Shown here one piece after another: positions 22,880 through 33,899 of a stretch of DNA of 64,000 nt; the stretch's first letter is position 1; every line of letters starts with the position of its first letter. A model generated the notes under the pieces. The model was not told where the DNA came from. It saw only the letters and a program-made list of their open reading frames with translations, and did no database searches. This stretch comes from Euprymna scolopes (lineage: Eukaryota). The position numbers and the translations under genes are program-made. The stretch is taken from the NCBI GenBank assembly GCA_053919585.1, contig CM132800.1; one strand, written 5' to 3'.

Positions 22880-25389
22880 CAACAACACCATACATTCAGC
22901 TCTTTGCCGTCCACACACTGCGCAGATTTTAAGGTTTCGAACATCATACGATGTAGTACGGCGTCCCTTGCTTCATCATCCCAGCCCTTCGTTACCGAAC
23001 TTACTCTCCTTCTGAGTATTCCGCAAGCCACACGAAGCCAACCGCACACCGGAAAGTGCCCGACAAGTTGACCACACAGGGAAAAGATTGTTCGTCGCGT
23101 AACAATACTGGGAGCCTCCGGAATTGCATTTCCTCGCTTCCACCGCAGTTCATTGCGTTCCATCCTGACTGCCAATCCCAGCACCCGTGCACCGTCCTTC
23201 AACTGCTCCGGGTTCTTGCACTCCAACCCGAACTGCGCGAGGTGTTCTCTCACACGGGTCGCGGGCACCACGTCTTCATTGACAAAAATGTCATCAATGT
23301 AAGCAGATGCTGCGCGGCTTATAACTTCTTCCTGAGATAGTACTTCGCTGACAATTGCTCTCATTATCAAGGGAGCCACATTCAAACCAAACCCCAGACG
23401 GGTCAGACAGTATTTTTTCCCATCGATTTCCACAGTCTGGTATGGCCACAGTGTCTCATGGACCCGGACTTGTAGGTATGCTCTTCTGAGGTCCAGTAGA
23501 GACACGTTAGCACCTTTTTGTCTCCACTCACGCAGCTTAGCCGCACAAACATCTGCGTTGGCTGTAAATGCGTCTACGTAATGATTTCGCTCCCGGTAGT
23601 CCATCACCGGGCGCACTTTGGCTTTGTTCTGCTGTATCACAGCCATCAAGGGAATTAGACCTTTGGGGGGTCCCAATTTATCCTCTGGGTATGGCACGAG
23701 CCAACCATTATCTATCCAGGTGTGGAGCTCCTGCATGTATTCTTCACGAATTTCTGCTGGCACTGGGTACTCTGACACTCGATTATGCAGCCTTTCAGGG
23801 GGGTGGTCCACAGACCATTTCCACGATGCGGTCCACCTTCGGTTTTGATGGTCAAAGGTAGCAGTGAAATCTGGTTCATCGATAGAAATGGCTGCGCATT
23901 TAATACTTTTCCTGGCGCCCAGCCGCACTGATCCTGTAGGCTTGACAACGACACCTCCTAGAGCTTTTATGGCATCGATCCCTAGAAGCAAGTCAAATCC
24001 CAGTGGCTTGCCATGCACACATCGACTCTGGCAGACACACCTTCATCAGTGGATACAGAGACCGTTCCAACACCGCAGCACGCATGGGACATTCCACCAA
24101 TGGTGTTGACATTCACGTTTGTTTTTCTCCAAGACCGGCACCGGTCTGCATGTAAAATTGTCCTGGAGCATTCTGTATCAATAAGAGCCAAACATCGCGT
24201 CCCGTCAACATGGATGCTTATCACCGGGAGCGTCGTGTTCACATCTTGGTTGGGAAGGAGACTGGCGCTTATGCGTCCTCCCTTTGCTCGTTTCCCGAGT
24301 AGTTCCGAGCCCAGTGTCCACTCTCACCGCAACGGTAACACCGTGTTCCACGTTTTCGACAGTCCCTTGCAAGGTGGCCTTTAACATTGCATTTGAAACA
24401 GGTCACGTTAACAGGATTATTCTGAGCCCTGTTGTTGGGTGAGCGTGTGGCCGCAACCACATCCTGATTTTGTTCGCCAGTCGTCGTCAAAATTCTCGCT
24501 CTCGACATTAGCTCCCCCATGGTCAGGGCTTTGATGTTCGGCACCTGTTGAAGAGCAATTGAGATGGTGTCAGGGAATCCAGTGACAAAAATTAATTTTG
24601 TGAGTCTCTCTAAGCTTTCTCCTGTGAATCTGGCCAATCCAACCAACTGCCTGATTTTGTTGGCGTACATATCCACACATTCACCAGCCCATCTAACCAT
24701 AGTTATTTTTCTATATGCTGCAAACGCATCATCAGTAAATGCCTCCTTTAATCGAGCCTCAATCTGGTCTATTTTCTTTTGATCGTCCTCCTCCATTTCC
24801 ATGTAGAGGGCGAGCGCATCGCCTTCCAGGTATAAAGGTAGCAGACTCGCTACGTCATCCACCTGCTGAAGTTGTGCGACAAGTCTCACTTTTTTCAGCC
24901 ACGCTACAACGTCTCCCTCGCCAGAGAACGGCTTGATAATATCACTGCTTATCCGCACCTTCGCCACATTCGGGCTGAAATAGCTTGAAACAAAAATGTA
25001 GTAGGCAAAAAAAAAAAAATGTTCTGTCAGCAACAGTACAACTTCAAAATAGTCAATATCGCCCACCTCCAGAAGAGAGGGAATTCCTGTCCGTGATAAC
25101 CGTGGTAAAAGAAGACACACTCCAATCGCCAGAAACACCCACACACACAGTTTGCAGGACACTGCCGACTCGTCTCTAGCCTCCTGCTTTTATAGTGGCC
25201 GGGAATTATCCATTTGCATAATCAAATGAGAAAGAAACGTGATTTTCCGAGAGTTGCATGGGGTAAATGCTAATAAAAACCCCCGGACGCCATCTTGGAA
25301 TTCTCTTTTCCTCCCAACCGGTGACACAACAGACGTACCCGAGGTAAGCTCTTTTTCCCCTCATTTTAGTTATTGCTACTTCTGCTACA
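22880..25389 (-). mobile_element. Gypsy-like LTR retrotransposon: probable 5' LTR (24997-25389), gag, protease, RT; truncated at the start of RNase H
   Basis: gag with CFKCNVKGHLARDC knuckle, LIDTEC protease, RPVMDYR/LGFGL/YIDD RT; LTR ends TGTAGTAG / CTGCTACA with TATA near 25190 (-). The LTR limits are tentative. Confidence 0.85.
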
Positions 25390-25537
25390 CCTCCATAGAA
25401 TAGAAATATGTCACAGAGTTTAACAACTTTTTTTTTAGAATATTGTGATAAGCATGTTTCAGTTTGAACAGGTGTGGTATAATAAAATCATGGAGCCTAT
25501 CTGGCTTTCATAGAACGGTTTTTAATTTTTTTTAATA

Positions 25538-25857
25538 AAATATAATTTAAGAAAAAGAAGTTGTTTGTGAGTAATGTTGAAACCAATTTAGGTAACTGAA
25601 ATAGGATTTGACCAATATTTAAATAAGTTATGATAAAAATGGAAGTGTTAAACTATTTAATATCATTTTCTGTCTGTGTGTTCTTATCCCTTTTAAGTAA
25701 CTATTTTTTTTATATCAAAGTTACTTAAAGGCGTTTAGTTTAACCTTTCCATTTTTTTATCATAAACTATTAACATATTGGTCAAATCCTATTTCAGTCA
25801 CTTAAATTGGTTTTGACAATATTTCCAAATAAATTATCTTACCTAAACTATATTTTA
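25538..25857. mobile_element. Palindromic MITE
   Basis: 25538-25660 is the reverse complement of about 25733-25857 (ctgaaataggatttgaccaatat / atattggtcaaatcctatttcag). Confidence 0.72.
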
Positions 25858-25986
25858 GGGGGAAAAAAACAAAAATTATATTTTAGATGGCAATTAATTT
25901 ATTATGATTATTAAATAAATAAAAGAATTAAATAATGAGGTAGAGAGAGTATGCCAAAGTAAGACACAGAGTCGATTTTATGAAGT

Positions 25987-26753
25987 GTAAATGAAGATTG
26001 TGGGGACATGATGAGAATTGGCAGCCAACCGGATGTTAACGCATCCACCATGAGAGACAAAATAAAAAATCGTCGTTTGCACATGGCTCCACGCATCGCT
26101 TCCACTTAGGAATAAAAAAAAATAAGATAACCACAAAATAATTATCAACCAATGGCAGAGCTCCACGCCTAAAAATTAACACCTCAAATATCACAGTCAC
26201 TGGGAGCCAGTTTGCCACTATAAAAACGAGGTATTTGAGGGAACCGAAAGGAGGGAACAGGAGATTTTCACCCAGCTGCGTCAGTGAACACACGGACATT
26301 CTCCCACCCGACCTAAAGAATTGAAGAAGAAAAAGAAATAAGGCACCAGTGAACTGAAGCCGACTACGCTCTCATGTTATGGGCCAAACGCCTTCAACTC
26401 TAAACAATGCCTAATTTACACAAACCAAAGAAGAGAGAGGAGGAGAAAGATGACGAAGACGCCGGGCTGCTAGCGCTGATGAAAGAAGTCACTCGCTTTC
26501 CAGTTACAAGCTAGGACACGCATCACCGACAGCGGGATGACTGGCAGACCCTAACCCTCTCCATCGTCCAATAGATACGTTACATTTTACGAACATTCAC
26601 TCCTTGTCAATTCATACATACCTACAAAATAGTTTACGAACATTCATTCCTTGTCAATTCATACATACCTACAAACATTTTACGAACATTCATCTCCTTT
26701 GTTAAATCCCTTTTTCATAAAAAATCGACGCCATAAATGGTGAACCCGCCGAC
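25987..26753 (+). mobile_element. Putative LTR followed by a PBS-like sequence
   Basis: TG start, CCAAT near 26149, TATAAAA near 26219, about 50-bp tandem repeats at 26581-26692, then TGGTGAACCCG at 26738. Confidence 0.42.
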
Positions 26754-27469
26754 CACGATGAAATCGCACATTCCAAAAATAAATAAATAATAATAATAAA
26801 AGGACAGACGTATTATTGCTGAAATTAAGAGAACCCATTTTTTTTTTTTTTTGCTCAAATAATTTACGTGACTAAAATAAGAATTGGCGAACAATTATAC
26901 AAACACCAACCTACCTCAGTTGATTGAAACGAGGAAAGAACAGATACTGAATTTTTAATTATTCATTCAAAAATAAAATTAAAATTCTTTTTGCCATGAT
27001 AGATACTGCACTTGAAATTATTTATTAACACATAAAACATATTTTATTTACAAATATTTTTTTAATGATTTCTTGAAAATTTCAAACTCAAAGAAATGGA
27101 GTTTCTTTATTTTTCACATATATCGTTATAGTTTGGTTCATCAAATTAGAATTTATTTTTTTAACTGAAAATAATTTAAAAATAGAAAAAGAAATTTTGG
27201 TTATAATCCTTTCATCACATCTCATTTTATCCAAAATCAGTTTGGAAATACCACAAAACATGTTTCATGTATGGATTTTTATGCGTACCATTTTATGATC
27301 AAATATAATTCTTTCAATCATTTTCACAGAAGTCAAACTCTCTTCCATCAGTTTGCAGTTGATAGGTTTGCAAAAGTTGAAGCAAAAAAACTTTTATATA
27401 TGAAAACTCATTAAAACAAGCTAAGGATAGATACCTACATACATCTCAAAGGTCATATAAATAACTATA

Positions 27470-28296
27470 TAGCTCAGATATGCATATTACCTTCTAGCTT
27501 CACAGGTAGTTCACAATATATGCATGAAAGGAACCAAGATGCAATAAGATGTAAGAAATTATTCCATGTTTTGACAAGCTTCTGGGTTTGACCTTTACTC
27601 CTGATCTGAAATGGAACACGTACATCAAATCTGTTGCCAGGGACGTTGGGAAAATGGTGGCATCCTTCTACCGCTCCAGAATATATCTCACTACTGATGC
27701 AATTCTTAATCTGTATAAAAGCCAAGTACATCCAAGGATGGAGTACTGCTGCCACATCTGGGCAAGAGCTGTTAAAAACAGCCTATCCTGCCTTGACAGA
27801 GTACAAAATAGACTTTGTGGTTTGGTGGGGGATGCCCTTTTCTCTTCCCTGCAACCTCTCTCCCACAGAAGAGACGTTGCGAGCCTGTCTTTGTTTTATC
27901 GTTATTTCCATGGCAAGTGCTCGTCTGAGCTGCAATCTCTCATCCCCCCTCGCCAATCTTTCATGAGAAACACCCGTCTGGCTAAAACTACTGTCAATAG
28001 TTTTCCCCACTCTTTATCTGTGCCTAAATCCAAACGTAGATTCCATGAGCAGAGCTTCTTTCTCAGAAGTGCATGACTGTGGAACTCTCTTCCATTTGCC
28101 TGTTTCCCACCTGACTACAACTTGGATGTCTTCAAATCCAACATAAACAAATTCCTGATAAACCGCCACCTTAAGTAAGACACTCTATCAAATCTCCAAT
28201 ACTAATGATTACTACAATACTATCTCATTGATTACCGTACACGCAATAACCCTTATCCCTGAGTGGCCTCCAGGCCTTGATAAGTGGTGACCCCCA

Positions 28297-28330
<34 letters not shown>

Positions 28331-29345
28331 ATGGAAGACTAGACCTGTTTATCATAATTACTTCAAATCCAAAGTGGAAGGAAATTCAAGATGAAGTTTT
28401 CCCTGGACAAACATACATTAATGTACAAGATCTATTGGCCAGAGTGTTTCACCTGAAGATAATCAAAGTGATGAATCTGATAAACAAATCAGAAATCTTT
28501 GGCCTACTATGATGCTACATGTACACAATTCAGTGGCAAAAAAGAGGCTTGCCTCACGCGCATATATTATTGTGGCTTACCAGAAAAATCAACTCCAATT
28601 AAATTGATTACATTATATCAGCTGATATACAAACTGATCCAACCTTATTTGATATAGTAAAGAGTCACATAATGAATGGACCTTGTGGTAATATCTATAG
28701 AAATTCACCTTGCATAGTTGATGGCTTATGTACAAAAAGATATCCTAAAAACTATCCACTTGAAACTCAGTTTAGTGAGGATTGTTATCCATCTTATAAG
28801 AGAAGATCGCCTGAAGATGGTGGCTTTAAAACTATGGTTGGCAATAGGTGGAGTGTACCTTACTCTTCCTTACTTTCAAAGACATGCAATGCTCACATAG
28901 ATGTTGAAATTTTGTGATTCTGTGAAATATATCAAATATGTTTGCAAATACATAAATAAGGGATCTGGTGCAGCCATGTTTTCCTTACAAAAAAATGTTA
29001 GTGATGAACTTGGTAGATATATCGGTACTAATGAAGCATTTTAGCGCATTGTAAGGTTTCCTATTCATGAAAGGCATTCTCCAATCCAACAACTTGCAGT
29101 TCATCTTGAAAAGTGTCAGAGGGTTTATTTCACAAACAAAAATGCTTGCCAAGTTGCCCTAAGCCCAAAAGATACAACTCTTACTGCATTTTTAAATTGT
29201 GTGAATAAGACAATATTACACATGGAGTAACAATATTACACATGGAGTAACAACACATGCAAGGAAGAAAACGAGGAGCTAATGCTGAGGGTTATCAAGG
29301 TGTAAAATTTGACACTACAATTGGAAGAGTTTACTCTTGTTATAT
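27470..29345 (+). mobile_element. Helitron Rep (HUH) domain pseudogene fragment
   Basis: LPSSFTGS..YMHER, DLFII..NPKWKEI, QWQKRGLPHAHILLWL, GPCG..SPC..CTKRYPK, NAHIDVE, KYVCKYINKG, LAVHL. Confidence 0.92.
27563..28325 (+). mobile_element. Young 5'-truncated CR1-group LINE inserted into the Helitron
   Basis: TSD AAATTAT at 27556-27562 and 28326-28332, long poly-A, near-identical to the reverse complement of 17385-18126. Confidence 0.95.
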
Positions 29346-29511
29346 CGCATATCCTCCATATTTACATGAATAAACAGAAACCAGCAGGAGCAGCGACAGT
29401 GATAATAATGGCGACGCTAAGACAAAGCCTGTTCGTTGATACAACGCAAATAAACACACTAAACACATACAACAAAGTAGACACTTTAAATATCCACACT
29501 AACGTCTGTAC

Positions 29512-29585
29512 TTACAATAACCCTTATCCCTGAGTGGCTTCATGGCCTTGATAAGTGGTGACCTTGTGAAAAAAAACAAAAAAAA
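29512..29585 (+). mobile_element. Isolated 3' tail of the CR1-group LINE
   Basis: caataacccttatccctgagtggc..ggccttgataagtggtgacc plus A tail. Confidence 0.8.
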
Positions 29586-29607
29586 CCCAACTTCAAATCC
29601 CATTTTT

Positions 29608-30540
29608 GTTATGTACACACATCAATAGAATTACTTGCACCTCACTTCAACAAAGAAAACCGCCAGAGGAAGCCACACATCAAAAGAAAATTCAAAATAC
29701 AAAACACAAACATCACAGCAGATGCATCTCCGGCAACATATAAACACAAATAATTATTTCAAGAAACACTGCAGCAGTACAACACCTACTAGAATACATT
29801 CACAACTTTCTTAGCTTTAAATCGATATAACACATGTATACAAAGAGCAAACAGATGACTCCCTACAATACATTAAAACACAAAAAACAAACACAAATAA
29901 AAAGCGAAACGATGACCAGCGATAAAAGCCGCCTTTTGCCTACTACTACGTCTGCATCACAAGTATAAAAATGTCAGCTTTTTCGACAAGCAACTAGATC
30001 GGCCCACATCGGCCCCTATGTGGCAAGCTGTGAATCTCGCTCCGTCAGCAGCCGTTAACCCCTCACCAGCGACACTAGCTACTGAAATTACTGCGCCACA
30101 GCCGCACTGCCGCCATCTCACTCGTGATACTGGACAACAAGCCTTGAAGACTACTTCTCTTCTGCCACCGGCACCGCCACATCACCACAGCTCACCAGCT
30201 AACAGCTGTTAACCCCTTGCCAGCGACACCAACTATTGAGGATCGCTGCACCCGTATCCCAGACACCAGAACTCTAAGCCACGTTTCTGCATTCGCACCC
30301 CCCCACACCTCAGCCTGACGATAACTTAGGTCATCGCCAAGTTTATATCAACACCTGACCAGCAGTCTTACCGACGCCCCACTGCCATCATCATCAAATT
30401 ATCCTGACACACCAGACAGTTCGTTTCATGACCGTTTAAACTTTAAATACAACGTTTAAACTCAACCCTTTCGTTTGTTATTTTCTTGCTTTCCATACGC
30501 TCAGTTTTGTAATATAACACTCTGTGCACCCACGTCACCA
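29608..30540 (+). mobile_element. Diverged second copy of the 19766-20558 LTR-like repeat
   Basis: Shared blocks aaacagatgactccctaca and actacgtctgc..caagtataaa. Confidence 0.55.
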
Positions 30541-31175
30541 TGAGTGTTTCTTTTTTGAGACTCCTTTGTCGTGAAATAAGAGGACGACTTCATTTTCATT
30601 TCTAAGAACTATTGATGGACAAAGTGCTGGCAAATACTATACTGTTTTATATGGTTTTACATTCTCTTTGCAATTGAGAAATTGAAATAGGTCAATGTGT
30701 GCAGGTAATAGATTTTCTGTTTTATTCTGCTTTTCCAAAATCATGTATTTTGTTGCTCACTCTTAGCTACGACGAACAACAAAGTTGATATAAAAATATA
30801 TATTTCTGCAAAATTTTACTTTTCTTTTCATCATATTTTGCTTTGGTTTTGATACCCCAAAATTTGAAATTATTTTTTCACACGCACACCCTCTTTTCAT
30901 AACCTTTCATACTATCATACATCAGGGTCCATTTTTTTAAGGCTCTTTCTGAACCCAGTCAACTGTTCGCAGTTTTTGAACCCAGGGTACTTCTACTCTA
31001 TGAAAAAGGACGACATCACAAAATAAGCCTTATTTTTTGGAAAGTTGCAAAAAAACTATGATTCATCCTTTATGACGTCATTCATTTCAAATAAACACAC
31101 ACACACACACACACACACAGAAAACGAATAAAGAAAAGTGATTAACTTTTATACTTTTCGTATTCTTTTTATATA

Positions 31176-31231
<56 letters not shown>

Positions 31232-31569
31232 TATTTTTTATTCGCTCTTCCATCCTGCTCTCGTACCCCCTCCCGCTTGTGTCTTAATCATTGAACTCGT
31301 TCGTCTCTGTCCACTCCTTCGTCCTTTATCACTGGCTTTCTGTGACATCATCCAGTGTGTACGGTGACAAAATAACATAACCAGCTACATAACAAACAAG
31401 CTCCATAGAGTGTTAGCACAATTAATATCCAGTTAGTCTGAAGATAAAAAGTCACTTCCAAAAGAGTACAACTAAGTCTCCCTATCTCTGGTATAAGTTT
31501 GCGAATTGGAAAATAAGATTGAAGACTATGAGAGGTAGAGGATAAGTGGTGGAGGGGTGACTAAGTGGA

Positions 31570-31700
31570 GAACGGAAGTTGCCACAGCTAATCACGTGAT
31601 CGAGAGGAGCGGGGCAAGGCGTGTCACGTGACCCACATCTATAAATACCAGTCGTCTTTTTGTTGCTTTTGCCTAAACCGATAGTGTCTGACGGGGGCGG
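31570..31700 (+). promoter_or_regulatory. DDX3/PL10 proximal promoter
   Basis: CGGAAGT (ETS) at 31573, ATCACGTGAT at 31591-31600, GTCACGTGAC at 31623-31632, TATAAATA at 31640-31647, GGGGCGG near 31694; GC/CpG-enriched; about 200 bp upstream of the ATG. Confidence 0.7.
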
Positions 31701-31861
31701 TAAGTCAGCATTTAAGTAATAGAACAAAAAAAAAACTAAAAAAACAAACCAAAAAAAATAAAAACAACAAAAAGCAAACCGAACCTAAAAATAAAAACAC
31801 TACTTTTTTTTCTCTTGTTTCGAGGTGGCACTTCTTATTTCCCCAAAACACGTAGAGTAAT

Positions 31862-31906
31862 ATGCCTAATGTTTCCAACCAAAATGGAAAGGGTCTAGAA
31901 CAGCAG
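31862..31906 (+). CDS. DDX3: DDX3/PL10/belle DEAD-box helicase, coding exon 1 (MPNVSNQNGKGLEQQ)
   Basis: 45 nt, CAG|GTAAGT donor, phase 0; matches the DDX3 N-terminus (human MSHVAVENALGLDQQ|FAGLDLN). Confidence 0.9.
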
Positions 31907-32376
31907 GTAAGTGTGTTTTTAAACAAAAAAAAAAAAAAAAAACAAAAGAAAAAAAGTTATTTTATTAATTCTGTGTTCATAAATAATTGTGTATATAGAT
32001 ATGTATGTAATCTTTCATAATTAATTTCAGTCCAATTTATTCAATTTTAAAATCTGTGTTGTAATGTAACCATTTCCCTTTTAATTAAATATCGTATTTT
32101 CTAATCAAATGTGGTTTAAATATATATTTTTGTTTACTTAAATTTGTCTAAATTTGATAAAATTTCCTCCCTCCTCGACTTGAAATATTTATTTGCCGTC
32201 TACGGTTCTCAACCACTCTACAAAAGAGCACTTCTGCCATGCTTTTTTTTCGAAAGTCCCTTCTCAGCCTAAAAAAAAATTTAAAATATGAACTACATAA
32301 ACAGCTTGGATGTTAAAGTTTAACAAAATAGAAACTTGGGTAAATATACTAACAATGAAAGTAATTGTTCGTGTTT

Positions 32377-32434
<58 letters not shown>

Positions 32435-33899
32435 GACAAGCGAAAAGTGTATGACGTACAATAAAGAAAAATGGGGGACAAAGATGCAATTTTTTTTTTT
32501 TTTTATAGCTTGAATATTAATACTGTAAATATCCTAAATTAAATCTTGTGTAAATATCTACTCAACTTCTATATCTATATAAAAAGTATATACAGTAGAG
32601 AAGTTTAAAAACAAACCAAAACGGTAGAACTCTCGAGTCCTATAACGAACTCTTATCTTTCAACTCTTTTTTTTTTTTCTTTTTTTGTTATATAATTTTT
32701 AATCTAGCATTTTTATAAGTTAAATATTATGTTTTTGTTTGTTTTTATTCTGTTTATCTGAACTTTTTTTTTTTATCTGTGTTGTATAGCCATTTTCCTC
32801 CTTGCAGGTTATGACTTGCTTTCCGAAGATGGCGATCCTCTCATTTTCTACACGATGGCTTTCTTGCTTAAAAAAAAAAAAAAAAAAATCCTACCGATAT
32901 AAACCTCGAACGGCGATAATTTTACCTTTTATTTTACTTACTTGACCTGATTTTTAATCTAAATACCTCTCCGTTTTAACTAGATGTAAAATTATAAAAG
33001 TAAAATATACTTTTAAAAATCCCCCCCCCTCATTTACTTTTTTTTTTTTTTTAAGAACCCTTTCATGCACGTGTTCAGAATAGAGCAAAGAATTATTTAA
33101 ATTTAAAAAAAAATGGAGTGATTTCTTTTTTAGATTATGGAAATATTTAAAATTGAATTTCTCAAAGGAGAAAAATAAAGTTTAATTGTCAAGGTCGTTT
33201 ATTTCCTTGTCTGATTTTAAATGCACGAAAAATGCATGATTATAATTTTTTTTATTTCGCGATTTTTAAATATAAAAATGCTGACACAATTAAAAAAAAA
33301 ACATTGGTTTTTAATTTCAAACGTTTTTGAATATAAACTTCATTTTTATGAATGAATCTTACTAGAGAGTAAACGTAAATATTTAAGAATTTTCGTGAGA
33401 ATTATATTTTTCTATTAAATGTTTTTCCAGTTTACCAGATTTTTAACAATTTAAGATGTAACTTTTTGCAGCAAGTATTTATTGAAAAATAAAGAAATGT
33501 AAATTTAACTTTTAATCTAATTTTAAGTGACCGGATTTTAATTTTACGGCTCTGAATTTTTACATACTTTTAAAAGTAATAACTTTTAAATTCAACTTTA
33601 CTCGTTTAGCGACTCCATTATTTCTCTTTCCGTAAATGTCAAAATATTAAATTTTTCTACGTTCACTTAGAATATATTAAAATATTTACTGAGAACATAT
33701 TAAATATTTCGTATTTGAAATCTAATGTATAAAAAACTTCAAATGCAGATTTCCAATTAAAAATTGGGGTGCAAGTTCAAATTGGCACTTATGCCGATAA
33801 ATAAAAAATGAAAACTTATCGTGTACACGGTACACCTCTTACAGAACTCATATTCAAAAAATTACGTAAATTAAGTATTAATAAAAATCAAAATTAGTG

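Noticed and set aside
26581-26692. CRISPR-like repeat array
   Set aside because: Eukaryotic context; these are head-to-tail tandem units with no unique spacers.
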